Shown: in pieces, positions 31,856 through 41,875 of the stretch
Numbering within the stretch: the stretch's first letter is position 1
Layout of the letters: each line of letters begins with the position of its first letter
Assembly: GCA_963665325.3 (NCBI GenBank)
Contig: CAXXWS020000003.1
Span: forward strand, 320,001 to 384,000
From: Alphaproteobacteria bacterium
GTDB taxonomy: Bacteria; Pseudomonadota; Alphaproteobacteria; Bin95
Direction: 5' to 3'
Length of the DNA stretch: 64,000 bases
Notes under the pieces: generated by a model
Database searches by the model: none
What the model was told of the DNA's origin: nothing
What the model saw: only the letters and a program-made list of their open reading frames with translations
Translations under genes and position numbers: made by a program

Positions 31856-32533
31856 GTGGCGGCGGCGCCCGACAGCCGACGCCACACGCTCCGGCTGGCC
31901 GGCCTGGGCGTGTTGTCGGTCGTCGCGCTCGGGGCGCTGCTGTGGTTCGGCTACCGGGCGCTGCTCGGAACGAGCGACGCCGACCTCCCCGTCGTCACGG
32001 CGCCCGAGGGGGACTACAAGTTTGCGCCGAAGGATCCGGGGGGCCTCAATGTCGATCATCAGGATGTCCAGATCTACGAAGCGCTTGTGCGCGGCCGGCC
32101 GGGAGCGGTGCCCGAGACCATCGGCCCGCTGCCGGAAGCGCCGCGTCCTGTGATTGCGCCCCCGACGCCGGCGCCCGCGCCGGCGGAACCCGGCCCGAAG
32201 GCCACACCCATGCCGGTGCCGGCGCCGCGGGACGGCAGCGCAGTCGCCACGGCCCCGCCTGCGCCGCAAAGGCCGTTGCCGAGTCCGGCACGGGAGGCCG
32301 CGGATGAAGTTTTCGTGCAGCTGGGCGCGTTCGGCACCGACGCTGCGGCCCGTGAGGCCTGGGACGCCCTCAAGAAGCGTCACAGCGACCTGCTCGGCCG
32401 CATGGATGCCGGGTTCGTTGCAGGCAACGATGTGGTGCGCATCCGTGCGGGGCCGGTCTCGACGTCGGCGCTCGCGCAACTCGTCTGCGAACAGTTGAAG
32501 GCGCGCAATGTCGATTGCCTCATCGCCCGCTGA
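31856..32533 (+). CDS. SPOR domain-containing membrane protein
   Basis: N-terminal TM helix, Pro-rich linker, C-terminal VQLGAF..RIRAGP..CEQLKARNVDC; sits between argS and nagZ. Confidence 0.88.
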   Translation: MAAAPDSRRHTLRLAGLGVLSVVALGALLWFGYRALLGTSDADLPVVTAPEGDYKFAPKDPGGLNVDHQDVQIYEALVRGRPGAVPETIGPLPEAPRPVIAPPTPAPAPAEPGPKATPMPVPAPRDGSAVATAPPAPQRPLPSPAREAADEVFVQLGAFGTDAAAREAWDALKKRHSDLLGRMDAGFVAGNDVVRIRAGPVSTSALAQLVCEQLKARNVDCLIAR

Positions 32534-33473
32534 GCGGACCGGGTCGCGCAGGGCGCCGCTTGCGGCCGTCTTCGGCTGCGCCGGCCCGGCGCTCACCGCC
32601 TCCGAGCGGGACTTCTTCCGCGATGCGGACCCGCTCGGCTTCATCCTCTTCGACCGCAACCTGCCGGACCCCGCCGGCATCCGCCGGCTGACCGCCGAAC
32701 TCCGCGACGCGGTGGGAGACGAGCGCGCGCCTATCCTGATCGACCAGGAAGGCGGGCGCGTGGCGCGGCTCGGCCCGCCGAGGTGGCCGGCCTTTCCCTC
32801 GGCCGCCCGCCTCGCCGAAGGGCCTGTCGGAACGACGCGGACCACGGCGCGCGCCATCGGCAACATGCTGGCCGAACTCGGCATCGACGTGAACTGCGCC
32901 CCGGTCGGGGATGTCCACGCGCCCGGCGTGACCCATGAAGTGATCGGCGAACGCGCCTTCTCCAGCGACCCCGCTATCGTAGCGGTCCATGCCCGCGCCT
33001 ATGCGGAGGGCCTGCGGGACGCCGGCGTGCTGCCGGTGCTCAAGCACCTGCCAGGGCACGGCCGGGCCCGGGGCGACAGCCACGAGACCCTGCCGGAGAC
33101 GGATGCCGACGAGCCGTCCGTCGCGGCCTTTTCCGCCCTCGCCGATCTGCCGGTCGGCATGACGGCCCATGTGCTCTACCGCGACTGGGACGCTGCGCAG
33201 CCGGCGACGCTTTCGCCGGCGGTGATCGCGGAGGTCGTGCGCGGGCGGATCGGCTTCGACGGGCTTCTGCTCACCGACGACCTCTCCATGCGCGCGCTCG
33301 ACGGCCCGCTCGGCCATCGGGCCCGCCGGGCGCTCGACGCCGGTTGCGACATAACCCTGCACTGCAATGGCGATGGAACCGAGATGACGGCGGTCGCCCA
33401 GGCGGCCGGCACAATGACGGCGGCAGCGATGCAGCGCTGGCGGCGCGCCCGGGACTGGCTGGCCGCATCGTGA
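32508..33473 (+). CDS. nagZ: beta-N-acetylhexosaminidase (GH3)
   Basis: GFILFDRN, IDQEGGRV, KHLPGHG..DSH, TDDLSM. Confidence 0.95.
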   Translation: MSIASSPAERTGSRRAPLAAVFGCAGPALTASERDFFRDADPLGFILFDRNLPDPAGIRRLTAELRDAVGDERAPILIDQEGGRVARLGPPRWPAFPSAARLAEGPVGTTRTTARAIGNMLAELGIDVNCAPVGDVHAPGVTHEVIGERAFSSDPAIVAVHARAYAEGLRDAGVLPVLKHLPGHGRARGDSHETLPETDADEPSVAAFSALADLPVGMTAHVLYRDWDAAQPATLSPAVIAEVVRGRIGFDGLLLTDDLSMRALDGPLGHRARRALDAGCDITLHCNGDGTEMTAVAQAAGTMTAAAMQRWRRARDWLAAS

Positions 33474-34159
33474 GCGGCCTGTCGCTGGAGCAGTTCGCCT
33501 ACCAGGTCTCGGTCTGGGCGCTACCGCTGATCCTGGCCGTCGGCTGCCACGAAGCCGCCCACGGCTGGGCCGCATGGAAGCTCGGCGACGACACCGCCCG
33601 GCGGCTCGGCCGGGTCACGCTCAACCCCGTCCGGCATATCGACCCGTTCGGGACCCTGCTGCTGCCGGGGCTGCTGCTGGTGACCGGCGCCCCGTTCCTC
33701 ATCGGCTACGCGAAGCCGGTGCCCGTCCATTTCGGCCGGCTGCGGCCCGCCCGCCTGGGCATGGTGCTGGTGGCGGCTGCGGGCCCGGCGGCCAATCTCG
33801 CGCTCTGCGTGGTTTCGCTGGTCGTCCTCCAGGCAGTCGGCTGGCTCCCTGAGATGCCGGGACGCGACTGGCTTGTCGAAACCGCCAGGAAGAGCGTGAT
33901 CCTCAACGTCGTGCTCGCGGTCTTCAACATGCTCCCGGTGCCGCCGCTCGACGGCGGGCGCATCCTCACGGCGCTGCTGCCGCCCCGCATGGCGCTGCGC
34001 GTCGCGTCCTTGGAGCGCGGCGGGATTGTCATTATCCTCCTTGTGCTGTTGGTGCTGCCCTCGCTGCTGGCCATGGCGGGTATCGGGTTCGATCCGGCGG
34101 ACTGGTTGATATGGCGGCCGGTGGGGTGGATCATCGACGGGTTGATGACGGTCATCTGA
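33470..34159 (+). CDS. site-2 protease (M50)
   Basis: HEAAH, TLNPVRHIDPFGT, AAAGPAAN, FNMLPVPPLDGG. GTG start overlaps the nagZ stop. Confidence 0.92.
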   Translation: MSGLSLEQFAYQVSVWALPLILAVGCHEAAHGWAAWKLGDDTARRLGRVTLNPVRHIDPFGTLLLPGLLLVTGAPFLIGYAKPVPVHFGRLRPARLGMVLVAAAGPAANLALCVVSLVVLQAVGWLPEMPGRDWLVETARKSVILNVVLAVFNMLPVPPLDGGRILTALLPPRMALRVASLERGGIVIILLVLLVLPSLLAMAGIGFDPADWLIWRPVGWIIDGLMTVI

Positions 34160-34173
34160 TCGGAACGGCAGCA

Positions 34174-35253
34174 ATGAACGCGCCCACCCTGCAGGTCGAA
34201 GGCCTCGAGCACGGCTATGACGGCGAAGCCGTGCTGAACGGCGTGAGCTTCAAGGTGGACGCCGGCGAGATCGTGTGCCTGCTCGGGCCGTCCGGCTGCG
34301 GCAAGACGACGACATTGCGGCTGGTCGCAGGTCTGGAGCGCCCGGCTGCCGGGCAGGTCGTCATCGCAGGCGAGACCGCGACCGGGCCCGGCCGGATGGT
34401 CCCGCCCGAGCAGCGACGGGTCTCGATGATGTTCCAGGACTACGCCCTCTTTCCGCATCTCAGGGTGCGCGACAATGTAACCTTCGGCCTGGGCCGGCTG
34501 GCGCGCAGGGAGCAGCGCAGGCGGGCCGACGACCTGTTGGACAAGGTGGGCATGGCCGCATATGCCGGCTCCTATCCCCATGTTCTGTCGGGCGGCCAGC
34601 AGCAGCGCGTCGCGCTGGCCCGAGCGCTCGCGCCGGAGCCCAATCTGGTGCTGCTGGACGAGCCGTTCTCCGGTCTCGACCCGGAACTTCGCGGCCGGGT
34701 GCGCGACGATTCCATGCACCTGCTCAAGACCAGCGGCGCCGCGACGCTGTTCGTCACCCACGACGCTGAGGAGGCCATGATGATGGCCGACCGGGTGGTG
34801 GTGATGCGGGAGGGCCGGGTAGTCCAGAACGGCGCACCGGAAGAGATCTATTGCGAGCCCGCCTCGCCCTTCGTCGCAGCCTTCCTGGGCGAGGTGAACC
34901 GGTTCGACGGACTGGTGGCAGAGGGACAGGTGGAGACCCCGCTCGGGTCCGTCGCCGCTCCCGGCTTTTCGGAAGGGTGCGCGGTTCAGGTGCTGGTCCG
35001 GCCCGAGGCGATCCGCATCGGCGGCCCGGAAAGCGCCGGAGCAGAAGCCCGGATCGAGGCGGTGCGCATGGTGGGTCGCAGCACGCTCGTCCATCTCACG
35101 CTCGCTGCGGCCGCCCGTGGCGTTTACGGTTCCGACGCTCCGGAGGGCATCCATCTCCACGCCCGGTCCCCCGGCCGCGTCAGTGCCGGCGAGGGCGAGG
35201 TCAGGCAGCTTTCGCTCGACGGCGAGCAGGTGTTCGTCTTTCACCGCGAGTGA
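34174..35253 (+). CDS. ABC transporter ATP-binding protein (FbpC/PotA-like)
   Basis: [36 protein letters not shown]; no adjacent permease. Confidence 0.9.
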   Translation: MNAPTLQVEGLEHGYDGEAVLNGVSFKVDAGEIVCLLGPSGCGKTTTLRLVAGLERPAAGQVVIAGETATGPGRMVPPEQRRVSMMFQDYALFPHLRVRDNVTFGLGRLARREQRRRADDLLDKVGMAAYAGSYPHVLSGGQQQRVALARALAPEPNLVLLDEPFSGLDPELRGRVRDDSMHLLKTSGAATLFVTHDAEEAMMMADRVVVMREGRVVQNGAPEEIYCEPASPFVAAFLGEVNRFDGLVAEGQVETPLGSVAAPGFSEGCAVQVLVRPEAIRIGGPESAGAEARIEAVRMVGRSTLVHLTLAAAARGVYGSDAPEGIHLHARSPGRVSAGEGEVRQLSLDGEQVFVFHRE

Positions 35254-35315
35254 GCCGCGTTGCGGGCGGCGCGCGCTTCTGCGATAACGACGCCCAGCAG
35301 CAGGAGGCACAGCAT

Positions 35316-35534
35316 ATGAGCATCGGTCCCTGGCAAGTCATCATCGTTCTGGTGATCATCCTGATCCTGTTCGGCGCCGGGAAGCTGCCGCGGGTGATGG
35401 GCGATCTCGCCAAGGGCGTGAAGAACTTCAAGAAGGGCTTGAACGAGGAAGACCGCGAGACGGCCATCGAGTCCGCACCGGCGGAGACCGTCACCGCCGC
35501 CGAAGGCGAAAAAGACACCGCAGCCCGCACCTGA
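35316..35534 (+). CDS. tatA: twin-arginine translocase TatA
   Basis: [31 protein letters not shown]; AGGAGG RBS. Confidence 0.96.
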   Translation: MSIGPWQVIIVLVIILILFGAGKLPRVMGDLAKGVKNFKKGLNEEDRETAIESAPAETVTAAEGEKDTAART

Positions 35535-35558
35535 CGCCGGGAGGGCCGGCAACGCGCC

Positions 35559-35912
35559 ATGCTCGATATCGGCTGGACGGAAATGTTGATGATCGCGGTA
35601 ATCGCGATCGTCGTCATCGGCCCGCGCGACCTGCCGAAGATGCTCAAGACCGTCGGGAGCTGGGTGCGCAAGGCGCGGGCAACCGTGCGCGAGCTTCAGA
35701 CCGGCATTGAGGATATGGCGCGGGAAGCGGAACTCGACGAGGTGAAGAAGTCCGTCGAGAGCGCGACCCGCATGGACGACTGGCTCGATGACAAGGCTGT
35801 CGTCAAACCGCCGGCAAGCTCGTCTCCGCCCGCCGCGACTTCGCCGCAGCCCTCTGCGGCGGCATCGGCCGGCGCGGCAGCCGATGCAGGCAAGCCGGCG
35901 AAGCTCTGGTGA
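35559..35912 (+). CDS. tatB: twin-arginine translocase TatB
   Basis: MLDIGWTEMLMIAVIAIVVIGPRDLP. Confidence 0.96.
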   Translation: MLDIGWTEMLMIAVIAIVVIGPRDLPKMLKTVGSWVRKARATVRELQTGIEDMAREAELDEVKKSVESATRMDDWLDDKAVVKPPASSSPPAATSPQPSAAASAGAAADAGKPAKLW

Positions 35913-36730
35913 ACCAGGGGGCGGAAGAAGACAAAGAGGCGCCGCTGCTCGACCACATCATCGAGTTGCGCAACCGGCTGGTCTATTCGGTCATCGCGCT
36001 GCTGGTGGGCTTCATCGTCTGCGTCTCGGTCGCAAGCTACATCTTCGAGTTCCTGACTGCGCCGCTGGCCCGCGCGCTGGGCGACGAGGCCGGGCGGCGC
36101 ATGATCTTCACCGCGCTCTACGAACCGTTCTTCGTCTATATCAAGATCGGAATCTATGCCGGGCTGTTCCTGGCCTTCCCGGTGATCTCGAACCAGCTCT
36201 GGCGCTTCGTCGCGCCCGGCCTCTACCGCCGCGAGAAGCAGGCCTTCCTGCCCTATCTGGCAGCGACGCCGATACTGTTCTTCGCCGGCGGGGCAATGGT
36301 CTATTACGCGGTCATGCCGCTCGCCTGGGAGTTCTTCGTGACCTTCGAGAGCCCCGGCGCGCCGGGGGCGGAAGGCGAGGTCGGCACCCTGCCGATCCAG
36401 CTCGAGGCCAAGGTCTCGGAATATCTCTCGCTGGTCATCAAGCTCATGTTCGCCTTCGGGCTCTTCTTCCAGATGCCGGTCGGCATCACGCTGGTCGTCC
36501 GCGCCGGGATCGTCTCGGCAGACCAGCTCGCCCGCGGGCGCAAATACGCCGTCGTGGTCGTGTTCCTGACGGCGGCAGTGTTGACCCCGCCCGACATCAT
36601 CAGCCAGGTCGGCCTCGCGCTGCCGGGGCTCGTGCTCTACGAAATCTCGATCGTGCTCGCGCGCAGGATCGAGCGCCGCCGGGCCCGTGCGGAGGCGGAA
36701 GCGGACGCGGAAGAGGAAGCCGAAGGGTGA
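35909..36730 (+). CDS. tatC: twin-arginine translocase TatC
   Basis: [37 protein letters not shown]. Confidence 0.97.
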   Translation: MNQGAEEDKEAPLLDHIIELRNRLVYSVIALLVGFIVCVSVASYIFEFLTAPLARALGDEAGRRMIFTALYEPFFVYIKIGIYAGLFLAFPVISNQLWRFVAPGLYRREKQAFLPYLAATPILFFAGGAMVYYAVMPLAWEFFVTFESPGAPGAEGEVGTLPIQLEAKVSEYLSLVIKLMFAFGLFFQMPVGITLVVRAGIVSADQLARGRKYAVVVVFLTAAVLTPPDIISQVGLALPGLVLYEISIVLARRIERRRARAEAEADAEEEAEG

Positions 36731-36731
36731 G

Positions 36732-37847
36732 ATGGCGGTCGGCTTCGCGCTGACGGGCACTGACGGGCGTGCGCGGCGCGGACGGCTGGAGACGGCGCAC
36801 GGGCCGGTCGAGACGCCGGCCTTCATGCCGGTCGGCACCGCCGCCACCGTCAAGGCGCTCACCCCCGCCATGGTGGCGGAAACCGGCGCGCAAATGGTGC
36901 TCGGCAACACCTACCACCTCATGCTCCGCCCCGGCGCGGAGCGGGTGGCCAGGCTCGGCGGCCTCCATGCCTTCATGCGCTGGCCGGGGCCGATCCTGAC
37001 CGATTCCGGCGGCTACCAGGCCATGTCGCTCGGCAGCCTGGCGAAGGTCGGGGAGGACGGGGTGCGCTTCCAGAGCCATATCGACGGCGCGCGCCTCGAA
37101 CTCACGCCGGAACGCGCGGTCGAGGCGCAATATCTGCTGGACAGCAATGTGACCATGGCGCTCGACGAATGCACGCCCTGGCCCATCGACAAGGCGGGCG
37201 CCGCCGCTTCCATGCGCCGGTCGATGCGCTGGGCGGAACGCTGCCGGGCGGCCTTCCGCGACCGGGCGGGCTATGGCCTGTTCGGCATCGTGCAGGGCGG
37301 CGTGCATGACGATTTGCGCGCGGAGTCCGCGGAGGCGCTGACGGGGATCGGCTTCGACGGCTATGCGGTCGGCGGTCTTGCGGTCGGCGAGGGGCAGGCA
37401 GCGATGTTCGACGTCCTCGACACGGTGCCCGACGCACTGCCGGCGGATCGGCCGCGCTATCTCATGGGCGTTGGCAAGCCGGCCGACATCGTGGGCGCGG
37501 TGGCGCGCGGAATCGACATGTTCGACTGCGTGCTGCCGACCCGGTCCGGGCGCACCGCTCAGGCCTGGACCTGGGACGGGCCACTCAACCTGCGCAATGC
37601 CCGCCACGCCGAAGACCCCGCGCCGCTCGACGCGCGCATGGATTGCCCGGCGAGCCGCGAGTTCAGCCGCGCCTATCTGCACCACCTCGTGAAGTCCCGC
37701 GAGATGCTGGGCGCGACGCTGCTCAGCTGGCACAACACCGCCTTCTACCAGGCCCTGATGGCCGAAATCCGCAGCGCCATCGACCAGGCCCGCTTCGCTG
37801 AGTGGCGCCGGGAGTTCGAGCATTGGCAAGGCGGCGGAGACGATTGA
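36732..37847 (+). CDS. tgt: tRNA-guanine transglycosylase
   Basis: [40 protein letters not shown]. Confidence 0.97.
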   Translation: MAVGFALTGTDGRARRGRLETAHGPVETPAFMPVGTAATVKALTPAMVAETGAQMVLGNTYHLMLRPGAERVARLGGLHAFMRWPGPILTDSGGYQAMSLGSLAKVGEDGVRFQSHIDGARLELTPERAVEAQYLLDSNVTMALDECTPWPIDKAGAAASMRRSMRWAERCRAAFRDRAGYGLFGIVQGGVHDDLRAESAEALTGIGFDGYAVGGLAVGEGQAAMFDVLDTVPDALPADRPRYLMGVGKPADIVGAVARGIDMFDCVLPTRSGRTAQAWTWDGPLNLRNARHAEDPAPLDARMDCPASREFSRAYLHHLVKSREMLGATLLSWHNTAFYQALMAEIRSAIDQARFAEWRREFEHWQGGGDD

Positions 37848-39892
37848 TGCCGTGCGGAAAGACCCTCCTGGCTACTGCGCTGCTGGTCGGCCTTGCCAGC
37901 GCACAACCGGTCCCGGCATATGCGCTGCCCGCCGAGACGCTGGAATCGGTCGTTTCGGTGCTGCCTGTCTGGCCGGGGCGGCCCCAGGGCGGCGCGGGCG
38001 GGCGCCCGGGCATCGCACCCGAAGGCAGCGGCGTGGTCCTGAAGCCCGGCCTCATCGCGACGGCATGGCATGCGGTCGAGCCTGCCCGGCGGATCGACAT
38101 TCGCCTGTCCGACGGACGCATCCTGCCGGCCAGGCTGGTTGCGAAGGACGCCGCGAGCGACATCGCCCTGTTGAGCGTGGACGCCCGGCTTCGGCCCATC
38201 GAGCTTGCGCCGGCGCCGCAATTGGCCCAGCCGGTATGCGCCATCGCCAATGCCTACGGCCTCGGCCTGTCCGTGACATGCGGCGTGATTTCCGCGCTGA
38301 ACGTGACCGATGCGGGGTTCAACGCCGTGGAGGACTTCATCCAGACCGATGCGGCCGCCAATCCGGGCAGTTCCGGCGGCGCGCTGGTGGACCGGCAGGG
38401 CCGCCTCGTGGGCATGATGTCCGCGATCTTCGCCTCCGGGACCGATACCGATATCGGCATCAACTTCGCGGTTTCGACGGAACTGCTCATGCGCGTCGTC
38501 GAGGCGCTGATTGCCGACGGCAAGGTCGAATATCCCTCGCCCGGCTGGCGCCTGGAGGCCTCCGGACGCGACCGGCTGGCGAAAGTGGCCGCGCCGGCGG
38601 TCGGCGCGGTCAGCGAAGGCGGTCCGGCAGACAAGGCGGATATCCGGCCCGGCGATACGATACTGAAAATCGGCGCGCGGCGGGTGCGCACGCCTCGCGA
38701 CGCCATCGCCGCATTCGCCGTCATTCGCGATCCCGGCGCGCCGCTCGACATTACCCTGCTGCGCGGCGCCGAGGAGCGCGTCGCCACACTCTCTCTTGAC
38801 CCGGCGCCGCAGGCGGCGGACGCGCCGGACAAGCCGGAGGCGTTGGCGGATTGCCCCCATCCGGCGCCGGTCTGCCGCGTCCGGCAGGCGGTTTTCCCGG
38901 TTTCCGGCTTCGATCCGGCCGCAAGTGCAACCCGCATAGGGCCCGCGCTGCTCGTCATCAACCGCCATGTCGTGGCGGACCGTCCCGACGCGGTAGTCCA
39001 CACGCCCGGCGGGCCGAGGGAGGCGAGAGTGGTCCCCTCGGCCTATGCCGGCGACCTGGCGCTACTTGAGGTCCGCGGCCTGCCTGCGGAGGGGTTCGTT
39101 CCGGACCTCGAAGGCGAGGCGCCGGAGATTGGCGAATTCTACGCCGTCGGCATCGATATCGCCCGGAAGGCGGTGCGTGTTTTCGCCCCCGGCGGGTTGA
39201 TCGCGGGGCCGGCGGCGGGCGCGGAACTCGGGCGCCTCCATATCCGCGCGCATATGCAGCCCGGCGTCAGCGGCGGCGCGCTGGTGGACGAAGGCGGCGA
39301 GTTGGTGGGGATTGCCGTGGGCGGCGGCGACGGACGGTTCGAGGCGATACCGCTGGCGGGCGTTCGCGCGCTCCTGGCCCTGCGCACGGACCCCAAGGCC
39401 GCGGAGGTCACGCGCCGGCTGGGAGCGGCCTTCGCGGCCTGTGCGGCCGGGATGGACGCATTCCAAGGCCGTGCAGCGGCCGAGTCCGAACGCAACGGGT
39501 TGGTCGAAAGCTGTGCCGCGGCGCGGAACCACGGCCAATTGCTCAAAGCCGGGCGCCTGCTGGCGCGGGCCGGCGATTTCAACGGCGCCATAGCCCTGCA
39601 CGGCCAGGCCGTCGGACAGGTTCCCAACTCGATCAATGCGCGGATATCGCTGCTGGTGTCGCTGCAGCTCGGGGGCCGCTTCGAGGAGATGACGGGCCAT
39701 GCGCGCCGGCTGATGGACATGGCGGAGGAGGACCCCCAGGCCTTGCGGTTCGCCATACAGTCGGGCGTCTGGGGCAATGAGCCGGAACTGGCCGACGAAG
39801 CTTATCGCGCGCTCTTGAGGGCCGATCCCCGGCAGGCAGAGGCAGCCCGACGCTTCATCGACGCCGCCCCGCCCGCGCCGCCGCGCAGATAG
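37847..39892 (+). CDS. secreted serine protease: trypsin-PDZ-trypsin-TPR-like
   Basis: Signal peptide; triad 1 TAWH/DIALL/NPGSSGG; PDZ GPADKADIRPGD; triad 2 INRHVV/DLALL/QPGVSGG; helical TPR-like C-terminus. Confidence 0.85.
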   Translation: MPCGKTLLATALLVGLASAQPVPAYALPAETLESVVSVLPVWPGRPQGGAGGRPGIAPEGSGVVLKPGLIATAWHAVEPARRIDIRLSDGRILPARLVAKDAASDIALLSVDARLRPIELAPAPQLAQPVCAIANAYGLGLSVTCGVISALNVTDAGFNAVEDFIQTDAAANPGSSGGALVDRQGRLVGMMSAIFASGTDTDIGINFAVSTELLMRVVEALIADGKVEYPSPGWRLEASGRDRLAKVAAPAVGAVSEGGPADKADIRPGDTILKIGARRVRTPRDAIAAFAVIRDPGAPLDITLLRGAEERVATLSLDPAPQAADAPDKPEALADCPHPAPVCRVRQAVFPVSGFDPAASATRIGPALLVINRHVVADRPDAVVHTPGGPREARVVPSAYAGDLALLEVRGLPAEGFVPDLEGEAPEIGEFYAVGIDIARKAVRVFAPGGLIAGPAAGAELGRLHIRAHMQPGVSGGALVDEGGELVGIAVGGGDGRFEAIPLAGVRALLALRTDPKAAEVTRRLGAAFAACAAGMDAFQGRAAAESERNGLVESCAAARNHGQLLKAGRLLARAGDFNGAIALHGQAVGQVPNSINARISLLVSLQLGGRFEEMTGHARRLMDMAEEDPQALRFAIQSGVWGNEPELADEAYRALLRADPRQAEAARRFIDAAPPAPPRR

Positions 39893-39902
39893 CCGGCGCG
39901 GG

Positions 39903-41198
39903 TCACTCCGATAGCGGGTCCGGAATCCAGCCGGCGGCGAGGACGCCCTCGCGCTCGTAGGGAGACGGCGTCGCTCGGGCCAGGATGCGCGCCTTCAGCT
40001 CAAGCGCGCTCAACCCCGGTTCCCGCGCCAGCAGCCGCGCGGCAAGAGCGGCAAGGCGCGGAACCGCGTAGCTGGAGCCGGAAGCGGTCCCGGACGCGCC
40101 GCGAAAATCGACGATCCCCAGGTTCTCCGCCGGCAGCATGACATCCACGCTCTCCGCGCCCCAGTTCGACCCCGGAGCGAGGCGCCCGAAGCCATCGGCC
40201 GAGGTCACGACGACGATGTTTTCGAGCGCCAGAACAGCCGGAAATACAGGGTCGCCGTCGATGTCGCGGCCGTTATTCCCGGCCGAGACGACGGCCAGCA
40301 TGTCGAGCCCGCGAAGTGCGTTTTCGAATGTGTGCCAGTCTTCGGGCTCGCGGCTGCCGAGCGGCATGGCGAGGATACGGGCGCCCGCCCCGGCCGCGCG
40401 CCGGACCAGCTCGCCCATGCGGCTCATGTCGGGACGGGGATAGCGGAACGGCACCAGCGCGGCGCCGGGCGCCTCCCGCGCGAGCACCGATGCGACCGCC
40501 GTGCCGTGGCGGATCGGGAGGAAGGGGCCGCGCGAAACGTCTCCGTCATACGGCCAAGGATCGAGGTCCCAATAGTCGTAGCCGACCGGCATGCCGTCGC
40601 CGTCGCGGGCCAGCCGGTTCCGGAACAGCGGCAGGTCGTAGGCCAGCCCCGAGTCCACGAGCGCGACCCGCACGCCTCCGGAGTCCTTTCCCTCGGGCCA
40701 GGGAGCCTGCAGGGTCTCGGTCCATTTCACCGTCTCGAGGTCGCCTTCGAGCTGGTCGAGATACCGCCAGCCATCGCCCTCCGCCCGGATCGCCCGGCCC
40801 GAGCGGATCGTGCATCCGCCGTCCGCTATCGCCTGGAGAGACGGCTGCGCGCCTTTTCCATTGCCTGCAGCGTAGGAAACCAGGAATTGGCGAAGCCTGC
40901 CGCCGAACTGCCGCCGTTCGACGGTGAGTTCGTCTGCGCCCGGCAGCAGGAGGCGCACGGTGATTCGCCGGGGAGCGCCGCCGTCGGGCCGGCGGGTCTC
41001 GTCCAGGAGCCAGCTGCCGGGCAAGGCGGTCTGCGCGTCGAGGCCGGACAGTCCTGGCGGCGGGCACAGCCGCGCGACAGCGAGACGCAGCCAATGCGCC
41101 TCCTCCCGGCTGCTGCCGGCCGCCGGCCCGGCCGACATCGCAATCGTCGAAACGAGCAGGAGCGAAGCGCCGAGAATCCGTGTGGGAAAGCGTTGCAT
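39903..41198 (-). CDS. S8 (subtilisin-like) peptidase with unknown N-terminal domain
   Basis: Signal peptide; VALVDSG (Asp), RHGTAVAS (His), SAGN (oxyanion Asn), ASGSSYAVP (Ser). Confidence 0.85.
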   Translation of the reverse strand: MQRFPTRILGASLLLVSTIAMSAGPAAGSSREEAHWLRLAVARLCPPPGLSGLDAQTALPGSWLLDETRRPDGGAPRRITVRLLLPGADELTVERRQFGGRLRQFLVSYAAGNGKGAQPSLQAIADGGCTIRSGRAIRAEGDGWRYLDQLEGDLETVKWTETLQAPWPEGKDSGGVRVALVDSGLAYDLPLFRNRLARDGDGMPVGYDYWDLDPWPYDGDVSRGPFLPIRHGTAVASVLAREAPGAALVPFRYPRPDMSRMGELVRRAAGAGARILAMPLGSREPEDWHTFENALRGLDMLAVVSAGNNGRDIDGDPVFPAVLALENIVVVTSADGFGRLAPGSNWGAESVDVMLPAENLGIVDFRGASGTASGSSYAVPRLAALAARLLAREPGLSALELKARILARATPSPYEREGVLAAGWIPDPLSE

Positions 41199-41392
41199 GG
41201 CGACCCTCGGCTTATCCGGGAGCGCAGGGAAAATCAAAGCCCGGAAGAGAGGTTCGCGATCTCCGGCCATACGGCCTGCATAAACAACCGTTTCGCAAGC
41301 AGTTGCGCCGATCCGCGCATCCTCATCCGGGTTGACCCGGCTACCCGGTCGGTTCCACACTCGTATCAGGAACTCCAGGAGGAAGCGTTCCC

Positions 41393-41872
<480 letters not shown>

Positions 41873-41875
41873 CCC

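Noticed and set aside
37630-37690. Tgt zinc site reduced to MDCPAS (one Cys)
   Set aside because: Similar Cys-poor variants occur in other alphaproteobacterial Tgt proteins, and the catalytic and preQ1-specificity residues are intact.
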